NCBI GenBank assembly: GCA_010015585.1
Contig: ML975186.1
Source: Eremomyces bilateralis CBS 781.70
Taxonomy: Eukaryota
DNA: 64,000 bases
Strand: one strand, 5' to 3'
Positions 33,976-46,616 of this stretch are shown here, in pieces. The position numbers were made by a program, and so were the translations under genes. A model generated the notes under the pieces. It made no database searches. It had not been told where the DNA came from and worked only from the letters and a program-made list of their open reading frames with translations. The first letter of the stretch is position 1, and the number at the start of each line of letters is the position of its first letter.

Positions 33976-34896
33976 TCATTCCGTCCACTCGGTTCTGGTC
34001 GAATTATCCAGCAGCGCCATACGCTCATTGCTCTCAGTTCCCCCACTGTTCCTAAGCTGTGCTTGCGTGTCACTCCTTGCCTGGCCCGATTCCGCTTCGT
34101 CTCAATATTCCAGCGCCCTTCCCCCTTCTATTTCTCGTCCCCTTCTAGGCTGCTCCTCATAATCAAGCTCCTCAAACCGCGAAGCATCATTCTGACGCCT
34201 CATCGCCACCGTCACCACCACGACGCCCCATACAAACACCCCCCAGGCAACCGTGACGAGAATCCCCGCCGCCTTCCGCTCCTCCGCCATCCATGGCCCC
34301 AGGCAGCTCGCCGACCGCCGAAATTGATGGCTACACGTTGTCGGATCGATCCCGTGGCTCGCGCTAGGGAACGGCCACGGCATGTCGCGCGGGGTACGGA
34401 ATCCGCAGCAGCGGAAGGCGTCTTGGATCGCGCGCACTCGTTGTTCGTCTTTGTTTTGGAATAGATGGCGCCATTGGGTCTCTAACGAGCAGGTGATTGA
34501 GTCGCCGGTGGAGAGGTACGTCCCGGAAAGCGTGCCGATAGACGTGATGTAAATGGTCATGGCTGTCAGGATTGCCAGTTGGATGGGCCGGACACCGGAG
34601 TTTCGCTTCGTGTTTCGAATCCAACGCATCAGTCACTCGAACGCGAAACCTAATATAGCAGGCAAGACAATGGTGAAGGCCCCAAGCGGAGTCGGGAAAG
34701 GCATTGAATATCTCTGGGCCAGGTAGGCTGCATAGGCCCCAAGAGCAGTTAGAAGGATGAGAAACTGGACACGGTGAGCCTTAACCATACCGAGTATGCC
34801 ATCCACGAATTGCTAGGCCCCGTGGAGAACCGTAGAATACTGGACACTTACCAAGGCGCTTGCTATATAGCAAATCCGCATGAGTGGTGATACCAT
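33976..34896 (-). pseudogene. Tsp3-like fungal tetraspanin with two in-frame TGA codons (34633-34635, 34102-34104)
   Basis: ATG 34896 and intron 34765-34851. Four hydrophobic segments and an EC2 loop CSLETQWRHLFQNKD...IQDAFRCCGF...PWPFP...C...CLGPW. The frame is continuous across both TGAs. Confidence 0.75.
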
Positions 34897-35532
34897 TTTC
34901 GCGCCTGGGTTTGGTGAGAATGAATAAGCTACGGTCGACCGTGTCACTTGAGCTTGACTTGAGAGAGTGGAGTTAGAAGCAGAGGAATCGTGGTGAGTGT
35001 TATCGTCAGAAGCGGGGTCTTAATTATTCCAAGTTCGCATTGTCTTGTGTAACACTTGGATCCAGCCTTGCGAAGCAATTGTAGAGGCATATGTCCTTAT
35101 TGCAAATTCGGAACGATGCATACGGTAAGTTGCATAGATCCTATCATAAGGTAGACATGTACAGGCTGCTGTTAGCAGCAAGTGCATACAATCCAAGCTC
35201 CGTCACATCGATTCGACCATCCCATCCATGGCAGCCTTTCTTAGGGATCTTTCCCCTCAATTGTATCCTGATGAACGGTTGGCAAGCCTTCTGAAGGCAG
35301 TTGTGACAGATTCGGCGTGACAGACGGTCTCAGCCGTAGATAGTCATTCCCCCTGGTATTGACGGGAGCCATCGCTGAATTCGGTCCCCATCCTGTGTGG
35401 TCTCGTAATGGCCTTATCGTAAGGAATCCAGGGGCCAGGTTGCATCCGTATCGAAATGATATATCCTCATGACTCCTTGGTAGCTGGCTCGGGATGTACC
35501 AGCACATCGCCTTGGAATGGCGCAGAACCTCC

Positions 35533-36256
35533 TCATATGCCCTGCTGTGACCGCTTCAACTTCTCCACTCGTTTCCGAATATCACCCTCGCTCTGCTGCA
35601 TCGGATTCAACTTCATGTCCCTCCACATCTTGCGGTAATCCTCCCCATGCTTCTGCATCAGCGCCTCCAGCCACTCCTGCTCGCGCTCCGACTGTGACCG
35701 CTTCTTCTTCTTCCCTTCCACCGCCGCCGCCGCCTCCAACGCCGCGACTACCGCGGTGTTGCCGGTGGGTTTGGACGATCGGAGGTCATGCTGGGACGCC
35801 ATCATCGGCTCGTCGTCGTCGGAATCGAGGTCGTTCAAGGGGTCGTTCAGCGGGTTCGCTCGGGGTTCGATGACACGGAGGATTTGGCCCGTTTCCGGAT
35901 CGCGCTCGACTTTGGCTTCGCGGAGTGGCCCGGATGAAGGAGCTTTCGGGTTGATGGCCATGCCATTGTTTTGGATCGGGATGTTTGCAGCGTCCCGTCC
36001 GGCGGTTGGGGTTCGGTCGACACCACCCGTCACTCGGTTGAGTTTGTTCACCAATCCTAGACGACGGTAATTCTGGCTTAACGTTTGTTTGGCATCCCTA
36101 AATCCTGTCAGCATCCTGAATAAGGTGTCCGATCGGGTATACCAACCAGTTCGCCGCGATGAGCGGATTCGTCAAGACGGCCTTCTTGGACTTGCGCTTC
36201 TGCGTCGCCCGGGGCAAGCTCGACTTGTTTTTCTTCTTCTGTAGTTCCCGTCCCAT
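35533..36256 (-). CDS. NOP16: Nucleolar ribosome biogenesis protein Nop16
   Basis: MGRELQKKKNKSS...NPLIAANW/DAKQTLSQNYRRLGL...L.QKHGEDYRKMWRDMKLNPMQQSEGDI. Intron 36098-36145. Confidence 0.95.
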
Positions 36257-36616
36257 GATGTATGATTTGTCTGAATCGAGTCTTGGTCTGTTACAATCGG
36301 ATAGTGGATGGATGGTAAATCAATCGAAAGGGCGGAATTTCGAGAAATTTGCGACTGATACTGCCCGTCTGGCACCCCGCAGAAATTTTGAATGCGAATC
36401 CTTGTCTTGGACCCTGAACGAAGAGAACGCCAAACAATTTGGTAGAGCCGCTAAACAGCCCAAGCGTTCCGCTCTTCGATAGACGATATCGGACAATACA
36501 GAGTAAGAATAACACCCAGGGGATGCTTGTCAACAGTCTCCTAAAACATCTGCAAGTCTTCAATTCTTTTGGAATTTCTCATATTTCCTTCCTTCTACTC
36601 GTGTCAGATCATCAAG

Positions 36617-37962
36617 ATGGGTCGTATTCCTTGGAGCCGTGCACTGGTCGCATTTATGCTGCTATGGTTTGCCCATTCAAGTCTGGCTGCGGTTGATAGT
36701 CCGTCACGCGACCCCTTATCCGCGCTCTCCAGTGTCCAGATCGAAGAAAAGCTACACGTTGGTTCCATCTGATATACTGCAATCCACCAAGAACTAACAG
36801 CACCCAGAAATGCCCCCTCGTCCAGCAACTGGACCAAGAAAAGCTCGCGAGCGCCGATCAATCCGGCAGCCTCTCCTCGCAGATCTTCTCCGTCCTCTTC
36901 CCCGGCAGCCCCGCCACCAACGCCCTCCTTGCAACCCTCTACATCTCTGGGCCCCCGAACTTCCTCCTGGCGCTCTGCCCCCCGACCATCGACCCCTCCT
37001 CCCTAAGCGTGATGGTCGCGTTCGCCGTGGGCGGGCTTCTGGGCGATACGTTGTTCCATCTCCTGCCGGAGATTTTCCTTGGAGAGGACTCGCCGGAGCA
37101 CGTACGGTTCGTGATGGTGGAGCCGAATCGGAACTTGCTGTTGGGGGTGGCGATCATGGTAGGGTTCCTGACGTTTGTGGCGATGGATAAGGGGTTGCGG
37201 ATCGCGACGGGTGGGGCGGGACATGAGCATGGGCATGGGCATGGGCATGGTGCTGAGAAAGATATGTCGACGGCTGTTGCTACGGGAGTTGAAAAACATG
37301 ATGGAACGCGGTCCCGAAAGGGGGGGAAAGTGTCAAAGGGCAATTCCAAAGATGGTAAGGGTTCAGATACTAGAAAAGATCCTTCGCCTAGCATCAAGCT
37401 TAGTGGTTACTTAAACCTGATTGCCGACTTCACCCACAACATAACGGTATTTGTCTTCCGCATTCCAGCATGGCACATAACTCACTTATGCTAGGATGGC
37501 CTTGCCATGTCTTCCTCATTCTACGCATCCCCAACCCTCGGCGCGACCACTGCCATGGCCGTATTCTTCCATGAAATCCCCCACGAAGTCGGCGACTTCG
37601 CCCTCCTGATCCAGTCCGGCTTTTCCAAACGTGCCGCCATGGGCGCCCAATTCATCACCGCCTTCGGCGCCCTCCTAGGCACCCTAATCGGCATCGCCGT
37701 CCAAGAACTCGGCGGCTCCAGCAGCGGCGTCACGGCGGATGCGGGCGCGTTGTCCCCCGGGATTCTGGGGACCAGTCTCCGGTGGGGCGATATGCTGCTG
37801 CCGTTCACGGCGGGGACGTTTCTCTACGTCGGCACGGTTGCGGTGATTCCGGAGTTGCTGGAGACGGGGCCGGATCGGGGGCAGGAGCTGAAGAAGACGG
37901 TGACGCAATTTTTGGCGATGTTTGTGGGTGCGGGGATTATGATCGCTATTTCGTGGTCATGA
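36617..37962 (+). CDS. YKE4: ZIP-family (LIV-1/ZIP7-type) ER zinc transporter
   Basis: Signal peptide, FAVGGLLGDTLFHLLPE, His-rich HEHGHGHGHG, LNLIADFTHNIT/DGL and HEIPHEVGDFALL. Introns 36758-36807 and 37447-37494. Confidence 0.93.
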
Positions 37963-38902
37963 TGCTTCCGAGGATCCTATCAACCCGTATTCACTCGACT
38001 ACGCCGAGGAAGAGGGACTTTGAAGGCAAATTGCCATGCACGTGAGCGGTGGCGCTTTGCTTCGCGAGAGGTTCGTGGCAACCCAGACATGGCCGGCCGA
38101 TGTTATCTTCATCGAGCTCGATTAGCTTACAAGACCTCTTTATCCTCCCAAAACCGTCTAACTTAATGTTCTCGATTACCTCGACGGAGTCAACGGTTGT
38201 CACATACTGGAGAGGCTTTGAAGATGTTACTCCAATTACTTTCAAGAGGTGCCGGCAACGGAAATGAATACATTATGCTACACGAGACACCGGGAGTTTG
38301 ACAAGACATGATCCTCCAATCCTCTCAGCCATAGAAGAGTCCTCTCAGCCAGCTTCTATGGTTCACCTATATTTCATACGCATGGGAATCGGCCGGATTC
38401 CAAGTCGGTTATGCCCTACATTGCCTATCTCAGACCGTACGATTCCAGCATTGATATCAGCGGTATCGTAATGGCCCGAAATCGAAATATCTAGATCGAC
38501 GCCGGCGATAGTCGCTAGTAGCTGGATGACGGAGAAACGACTTTCCTGGTGTTTTTCGAGTCGACTAAGGGGCTTGAGAAAGAGCACGTCGCGCTTTGAT
38601 GCCGTGGTCTCGAACTGGATATCATTGAGTGGCATGGCCTTTGGTTTTTGTAATGGCATATAGTGGTAGAGTTTTTATACAAGTCAACGGCATCGCTCCT
38701 GCAGCTTGTGCTCGGCTTTGAAACTCCGTGTCTAAACGCTCTATACTCGAGTGAACGAGTCATCTTGATCTTGACCTCCGTGCGCGTAACCTCTCTTCCC
38801 TAACGTCATGTATATGGTGAATTTCCAATATGTCAACCAAACCCCTGGCCAGAACACGCCTGAAATGCTGAAACGGAACTCGCCCGCCTCTGGGCGAATC
38901 GC

Positions 38903-40121
38903 TCACCCAGCCGACAACATATGCTTGAACTTTTCAATCTACGCCCCGAGTCAGTACGATTCGTTCCGATGCCAAAGTGGCTAAAAAACTCACCTTCGTG
39001 CTCAAATACCTCTCCACCTCCGGCCCCTTCACCCCGCTCACCCCCCCGGTCCGCCAACTCAACGGCACCATCGCCACCCGCTCCTTCACCACGATCTCCT
39101 GCCTTGGGCCTTCCACCGCCCGCACCTTATCCGGATTGTTCGTCAACAGCCGGATCCCCGTCTCCCCGCCGAGCCCCAAATCCACCAACATCGCCGTCGC
39201 CAACCCATACGAGCGCGCGTCCGCGGGATGGCGCAGAAGCAGGTTCGCTTCGTACGTGTCGTTGCCGAGGTCTTGCAGGTTGTATGCTTTGAGTTTTTCC
39301 GAGAGGCCGATCCCTCGGCCTTCTTGGCGGAGGTAGACGATCGCGCCGCCGTTGGAAGAGGGGAGGGACATTAGCCGGGCGGCTTCGTCGAGTTGCTCGC
39401 CGCAGTCGCAGCGCGCGGACCAGACCGTCTCGCCGGTGTAGCACTCGGAGTGGATCCTCACGAGGGGCGCGTCGCTGTGCGGTTGCGACGGGAGCTCCTC
39501 CCCGGCGCGTTCCTCCTGCTTGATCTGATCGACGCGACTACTCGTCCGACCCGGGTGCAGACGGCCGACATACGCGCCACGGATCATGCGGTCCATCTCA
39601 GTTTCCCCGGGCCGCGGCAGGTCGAGGCTGCGGGATCGGATATGCGAGCCGAAGACGATGGCGAGGTGCTCTTTGGCGTCGGCGTCGTTGTGGTAGAGGT
39701 AGAGATACATTTCGGTGCCGGTGGTGGTGGGGATGCGGGCGCGGACGACGCATTCGACGCGGGGGAGGGCGTCGACGAGGCGAGGTGGCGGGGTGGGGAG
39801 GGTGTGGTCGATAGGGATGGAGGTGGGGGGCCGGGAGAGGGGGGTGGTGGTGCCCGGGGTGGTAGGAGGGGTGAAGGCGGGGGAGATGAGGGAGGGAGGT
39901 GGGTCGTGGGGAGGGTCGTGGAGACGGTCGTGGGGGGGAAGGGGGTGTGAGGGGGCGGAGGAGGAGGGGGGGGAGGGAGGATGGTGGTTGTGGGTTAGGG
40001 AGAAGTCATTGGGAGTCGAGCGGGATGACTGATCGTGTGGTTGGGGGGAGGAGACCGGGTGGAAGGCGGGTGAGGCGTGTGCGGGAAGAGCAGACGAGGG
40101 CGTCGATGTGGTTGAAGGCAT
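38903..40121 (-). CDS. RIB1: GTP cyclohydrolase II (riboflavin biosynthesis)
   Basis: [11 protein letters not shown]...[29 protein letters not shown]. Intron 38939-38993 gives the end [16 protein letters not shown]. Pro/Ser/His-rich N-terminus. Confidence 0.95.
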
Positions 40122-40433
40122 GATGGGGATGGAGGCCACTACATAAGAGGATATGTAGATGAGTACGCAGCAATTGGGATTAGGAAGTCGTGGATGTAGG
40201 TGTGGATTAGAAGGGAATATGGGATCTGGGGTTGAAAATGTTTAAGCCTCGGAGGGGATGATGTGGGACAGACGGGGGAAGCCACGGGGAGTTGCCGACC
40301 CGAACTGGTGATCGGAACTGGTGATCCGAACACGGCCTGGACCTACTCACTATTTCTCTGTAGTCTTAACTTTCTAATATCTTGTGGCTTGTGGAGATAC
40401 GATGCCGGCTTTTACTAATGGTTTACGGAAGTG

Positions 40434-40461
40434 TTCCGTATTCCGTATTCCGTATTCCGTA
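40434..40461. repeat. Heptanucleotide tandem repeat (TTCCGTA)4 in the RIB1/rhomboid divergent intergenic region
   Basis: ttccgta ttccgta ttccgta ttccgta, read directly. Confidence 0.9.
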
Positions 40462-41890
40462 CAGGTTGACATTTGCCCCTTCAAATTCCATACGCAACAT
40501 CAAGGAGTTCGCATCATGCCAACCCTTTGGTATGTGTAGTTCCAATCCGAGCAACAGCCATTTGCACAGGAGTCATCGCTCCTCAAGTCTCCGGTTGAAC
40601 ATAGATTATTTCCTGAATGGATAGGGGTTATGTATTCGATATTCGCATTCGGCAGAACAGTAGGTGTCCCAATCGGCAATCAGTTCCTCGCTTAGTCATC
40701 CAGCCATCCAGTGCCACTGCCAGCAATAAGTGCGACATCAAGAATATGAGGCGACTCTCCGATGGCAACATTATCTCAGGAAGTTGGTTATTTTTGATGT
40801 GGCAAGGGAGATGTTTACTGTGTCTCGGCTGTGTTTCCTATCAATGACAGCATCCGATATTCGGGCACCAGTAGCACCACCACCACAGTGCCACCCAACA
40901 CCTGACCTGCCCTCGGCAGCAGTGGTTACACTTGTACAATCCTTCACCCGATTTGGCTGGGATAGGCGGTTTTATTGACCTCGAATTTTATTGCTGACGT
41001 ATGCATCGTGATGCTGTGCAGCTGCTCTCCTGACTCCACAGCCGCAGCCACCTCAACGGCTGGGCGAGCATTTATAGAAACGGATCAATACATGTGGGTT
41101 GTAACGCCTCTGAACGAGAATCAGGGCTAATGATTGCGCTGGACAAATTTCGTGGATGGAGCCTCCTTCTTCTACAGTGTGGCGTTGACATTCCTCGTCC
41201 AACACTCTATCTAATACAGATATCGTCAACTTCCGAAGCATTCGATCGCCTTGCTGAACAGCAAGATGGATGCAAAAGTGGCGGCCTGATCGACAGGGAA
41301 GCTAAGCCTCAGTCGGTAATTTCCTGATATTAGCGTGTTTGATATCCTCCTTTAAGTCGAATGCTAAGGCTGTTGACTTGCTGGATAGCTGAACCGCAGT
41401 CCGCAGCACAGACCCGATCCCCGTTCGACTTCCACAGCACCAAGCACTTATGACTTAACACTCCAGTCTCCACACTCCACTGAGGATTGCGTACATTTCT
41501 GTTCTATTCATGTATGGTTCGGTTTTCTTCTTGACCGTCCTTCTCGCCGAAGCATCCTCTCTTCCTCATGTACTATCCTACCCCAACCCCAAGGAACTTA
41601 ACTGAGATCTTCCCGGATTCACCATCTCCGACGGACCCTCGTTCATAACCGGGACCCTTCTCCTCTCCAGTCTCCACGCTCCTGCCAATGCAACTCGTTT
41701 GTTGATATCACGTCCAACGGACCATACACTCGTTTGCTGTGTTGTGACCCAAGAGACGGCCCCTTATAACACGAGGAATCAACAGAAGTACCTACAATAA
41801 ACGAACGATCGGCATAGGAACAAAAACCCTTCGCTTTCCGACCTTCCTCTCCCCCCATCTCCTATCCACGCCGTTTCTCTTCCCTCCACC

Positions 41891-43657
41891 ATGGCAGCGA
41901 ACGACTATTACAGCTCCTTCAACCCATCAAAACCGAATGACCGACGAGAAGATGCCCCGCTGCCACCGATACCACCCCCAAGCCCTTACCAAAGCACGCC
42001 ATACGACACCTCACCTGGACCGGTCGTCTCCCCCTCCTCCCCCTTCACCGATAATGCATACCCAGCGAGCTCCTTCAATGCCCAATCCACATCGAAACCG
42101 GAACACGGCATGAATCAGTATCAAGGCAACAACTATCCCGAAGACACAGCCTACCTACCAGCAACGGAACGACCAGGACATACCCAGCGCAACGATGATC
42201 CGTTCACCGACCAAAATGCGATCCCGCTAAAACCAACGTCGAATGCATACGGGGCATATGGTCATGAGAACAGCTCGCCGACGGCAGGGAACGGGGATGC
42301 CGAAGGTCAGTTTTTAGGGGGCGGCCGCCGACGAAAGCACCGGGACCCGTATGGGCAGGATGACTATCCCGGGGGAAAGAAACCGTGGTATAAAGGTCGC
42401 ATAGCGTGGGCATGCTGGTTCTTAACGGCGGTGCAAGTCATCGTGTTCATCATTGAACTCGTACGAAATGGTGGGTTATCATGACCCTGACCCTAAATCA
42501 ACTTGCTGACTCGAAATAGCTTCCCTTACGAGTTCCCCGATCGCGATCAAACCATCATTTAACCCCATGATCGGTCCATCTCCCTACGTTCTAATCAACA
42601 TGGGCGCACGATTCGTCCCGTGCATGCGGAACGTCGAGAACATCACCAACTCCGCCGGACCCGTCTTCTTCCCCTGCCCGGAAGCCACCACCCTCGACAC
42701 CGAATGCACCCTCTCCCAACTCTGCGGCTTCTCCAACGTCCCCGACCCCGTCCCCGGCGGCACCATGGATGCCTCCCCCGAACCTAACCAATGGTACCGT
42801 TTCATCATCCCCATCTTCCTGCACGCCGGCCTTATCCACATCGGCTTCAATCTTCTCCTCCAACTCACCCTCGGCCGCGAAGTCGAAGCGAAAATCGGCA
42901 CTCTCCGCTTCCTCCTCGTTTACTTCTCCTCCGGCATCTTCGGCTTCGTCTTTGGCGGCAACTACGCTGCCCTTGGCATCGCCTCCTGCGGCGCCTCCGG
43001 CTCCCTCTTCGGCCTCCTCGCCCTCACCCTCCTCGACCTCCTCTACCACTGGCGCTCCCGGAAGCACCCAGTCCGCGAGCTCCTCTTCATCCTCCTCGAC
43101 ATCGCCATCGCCTTCGTCCTCGGCCTGCTCCCCGGCCTCGATAACTTCTCGCATATCGGCGGCTTCCTCATGGGCTTGGTCCTCGGCATCTCCATCATCC
43201 ATTCGCCCGAGGCCCTGCGTCAGCGCATCGGCCAGGATGATCCGCCGTATGGACCGTTGGACACGGCGAAGGCGGGCGGGGCGATGGCGTTCGCGCGGGC
43301 GCCGCTGGGGTTCTTCAAGGGGCGGAAACCACTATGGTGGGCGTGGTGGCTGATCCGCGTTGGCGCGCTGGTCGGCGTGCTGGTCGGGTTCATCGTGCTG
43401 CTGCGGAATTTCTATGTCGACCGCGTCACCTGCGACTGGTGCAAGTATCTCTCGTGTTTGGTACGTACTTTCTTTCTTATCGTCGGCCCTGACGGTCGTG
43501 ATGTAGCTGATTGTGGCTAACGTTGGGGTAGGATATTAATAACTGGTGCGATATTGGGAATCTGCAGTTCTCGGCGCAGCCGGATCCTGCTAATGTTCAT
43601 CGCCGCGATCTGTTTGGGATGCAGATGGAGGCGATGCGGATGGCGGGAGCGTTTTGA
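41891..43657 (+). CDS. Rhomboid-family intramembrane serine protease
   Basis: NPMIGPS, QWYRFIIPIFLHAGLIHIGFN, catalytic GASG and SHIGG, C-terminal CDWCKYLSCL/DINNWCD. Introns 42471-42519 and 43461-43531. Confidence 0.95.
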
Positions 43658-44430
43658 TCGCGTATGTCGATATTCACGGCCTCAAATCTGCGGAAATCCG
43701 TGGAAATATTGTAATTACGGGATATTACCCTACTATCGCCATGGGCACGGAAGTTCTCCGGAAATCGTTATCAGGGCATAAGATTTCAAGTGCAGGGAAG
43801 GATAATAGTGATGAAAGCGAGCAGCCTATAAATATGGCAGGGGATCAACCGGCGGCACGGCCTTTCTTAGGATGGATGAAGCGACTTATGCATGGAAGAG
43901 GGCGTTCCCGCATCTCCAATATCATCTCCAATATCGTTTCCGAAGCAGGTTGGATAGGAAGGATCGGAAAATACCCAGAACTACCAATATGGCGGCATAT
44001 GATGGAGCAGACTTCTTGCTTAGGTCAGGGCGAACATGCACTGCACATAATCTTGTTTTCAATCGCATATGAAACCACACCGCGTCCCATAACCTGCTTG
44101 AATCATCGGTATAGATAATATACTGAACCCCTTCCCCCGACCGTCCTAGTCCACCCGCACGAGCGTGCCCCATATCCGTGGCAATCCGCGCCAGGAGGTA
44201 CATGTGGTCTTTGGGAACGAATCGTTGCCCATCATCCGAGAAACGCCATCGCCACTATGCCGAGCCGTTTCCCCCGTCCATAAACCGGATATAAATATGC
44301 GAAAAAGAAAGTTATTCGTGAGGACGTGGGTCAAATATGGTAGGATCTCAATATCCTGAGACCACCCTCTTAATGTCATTCATGCGAGCGTTGAAGATTA
44401 CCGTCCTCCATTGGACCGTCGCGACCCCCG

Positions 44431-45929
44431 TCACTCCACCCTCCGTGGCTTCCACGCCTTCTTCCGCATCATCAGTAGCGGGATCACCGACACCTTCGAC
44501 CCGACGCCCGCCACAGCCTTCCGATCGATCGGCGTGCGGCAGACGGGGCAGCTGCCGAGGATCTTGGTGGAGTTGGTAGCGCGGTCGCGATCGCGGTTGC
44601 GGTTTTCGATGGAAACGAGGGCTTGGTGGAGACACTGGTTGCAGAAGACGTGGCCTAGATAATGGATGTGAGTCATAAGATTTCAGAATGGAAGATGAAT
44701 GGGGGGTGGGACTTACCGCAGGATGTCGCGGTGAGATTTTTCGGTAGCTCCATGCAGATGACGCAGCTCAGGCGGGAGAGACGCAAGGGTTTCTCGGTGG
44801 CTTCGGATTGCGAGGCGACGGCTTCGGCGCGCTGCTTGGCGAGGGCGGCGGCGAGGGGGTTCTTGTCCGGCGTCGGGGGGGCGTCGTCGTCGACGTGGAT
44901 GAGGTTGGAGATGGACACGGGGCCCGTGCGGCGCGTGGAGTTGGAGGAGTTGTGCGGGGGGCGGAGGGACGCGGTGGCAGGACGGGGCGTCGCTCGGCGG
45001 GAGGGAGTCGCTCGATGGGCATCGGTTCGCTCTGCCCCGGCGGTGGTTGATGGTTGGGACCACGGATCGGGGGTTGGCGGGGAGGAATCGAACATCCCAT
45101 TTCGCCTAGGGGACGTCCAATCGGGGTCTACTGAAAGGCCGTGTTGGCTGTTTCCCGTCGCGACGTCGTGCCTCGGGCCATTCATCCCCGACGAGACGAA
45201 ATCGTCGAATTCGGTGCTCCAGTCCCGCGTGAGGCGATAATCTCTCCGTGCTCTTTTGCTCTGTCGGGAGCTCCCTTCGCCCGCGCTGGCGTCCCGGCCA
45301 TCGTGATAGTTGGGGGATCGAGGCCGCTTTTGGTCGTGGCAGCGGCTTCCCGATGGTCGTTGGGAGCTGGAGAAGCGGTTGTGCGGGACAGGAGGGGAGT
45401 CGGCGGTGAGGTCGACAATATCGGCGGATGGGGCCATATCGTCCGTTGCAGTGTTGTGGGCAGGAGGAGAAGTGTGTTCGGGAGGTGCGGTGGTGTTGAA
45501 GTCGGTTTGATAACCGAATGGCAAATCGGTCGGGGTGGGCGTGGTGGAAGAAGCGAGAAGGAGGTCGGGGGGTGGAAGAGCCGGGGTCAACGAATTCAAA
45601 GGATGTGAAATGGTGGATGGGCGACGAAAGAAATCGCTTTGGTCGGCGGAGCGATGGTCCCGCGGAGGACTTTGTTCCGGTTGCTCCAGGTCGTTTGCAG
45701 TAGAAGTGCGAAGTCTGGTGAAGAAGTCGAAGACGCTGGTGATGGAGCGTGGGGCAAAGGGCGAATCAGGATGTCGATCGAGAAGGTGGTGGGGAGGGAG
45801 TGAATGTTCACTATGATTTGAATTTATCGATGGATAAGCCGTTGCTGAATCGTCCGAGAGGGGGAGGAGAGTGGAGTTTAGCAGTGGTGGGGAGTGGACA
45901 TTGTCTCCATCGGCATCTTGTTTCGACAT
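44431..45929 (-). CDS. C3HC4 RING E3 ligase with SUMO-interacting motifs (RNF4/Slx8/Rfp-like)
   Basis: Disordered N-terminus with DIVDLT and LIHVDDD SIM-like motifs. After splicing intron 44655-44716 the RING reads CVICMELPKNLTATSCGHVFCNQC...CPVCR. Confidence 0.88.
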
Positions 45930-46616
45930 GTTGTTCGCTCATGTGTTGAAGGGGATGGTGGTGAGGTTTGGGCGGCAAGGACAGGGATCAAGCTGGAGGT
46001 CATAACTAGAGTTGCAAATGCATGGTCCAAGGGAATCGCAGTCCAAACAGAGAAAGTTCAAGAGGTAAAGGTGAAATAGAAGTGTATTCAAGAGGAGGGG
46101 ATATCGGTCGGTTGGTGATGGAGGAACCGGAAGTCGGGCATCACCTCAGTCACAGAGGGAGTGTGCTGTGGCGCTGTAATCACACAATAACGTGGTAAGA
46201 CATGACTGCAGACTAAGATAGCACAATGCCTCAATTCCACCTGGAAACAGGCCACACTGCTCATACCACCTGTTTCACATAAAAATTCCTTCATAAATCA
46301 CACGTACACTTGTATCGTTGCTAAAGTCGAATCCAAATGATATGAAGGTGATGTGATGTTGATGCCTTGTTGATGCCTTTATGCCTGACCATCTTTGTCC
46401 AGTCACATGACATATTAATGTTCAGTTAGGCTTCAAGGCCCTAAGGCAACCATCTGCGGAGATTTCTCCACGTCCATCGCGTCTTTGGCCTCGACGTGAT
46501 TGCGACTCAGCTCAGATAAGATGATGTGAATGTCGCAAGCTGTTGGGCCTGCTTCAACCCCCTTTTGAATTCCCAAGATGCCGTAGCCTAGGATTCACCC
46601 ACACATCTTCTACACC

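Noticed and set aside
33976..34896. TGA reassigned to a sense codon (alternative genetic code)
   Set aside because: Other genes here end at family-typical C-termini with TGA (Ctr ...CCG*, ZIP ...ISWS*), and no other gene, including the 2926-aa ORF, needs an internal TGA.
18470..37962. Metal-homeostasis or secondary-metabolite gene cluster (Ctr, AA9, ZIP, hydrolases)
   Set aside because: The genes are interspersed with unrelated housekeeping genes, with no backbone enzyme or shared motif.
37991..38763. Short minus-strand ORFs between ZIP and RIB1 (also 17141-17350, 19607-20371, 4822-5031)
   Set aside because: Fragmented, with no motifs or consistent splice structure. Cannot be supported as genes.
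40139..40144. Stand-alone ATG-TAG uORF or GTG start for RIB1
   Set aside because: More simply read as the TGTAG 3' splice site of a 5'-UTR intron. Kept only as part of that finding.
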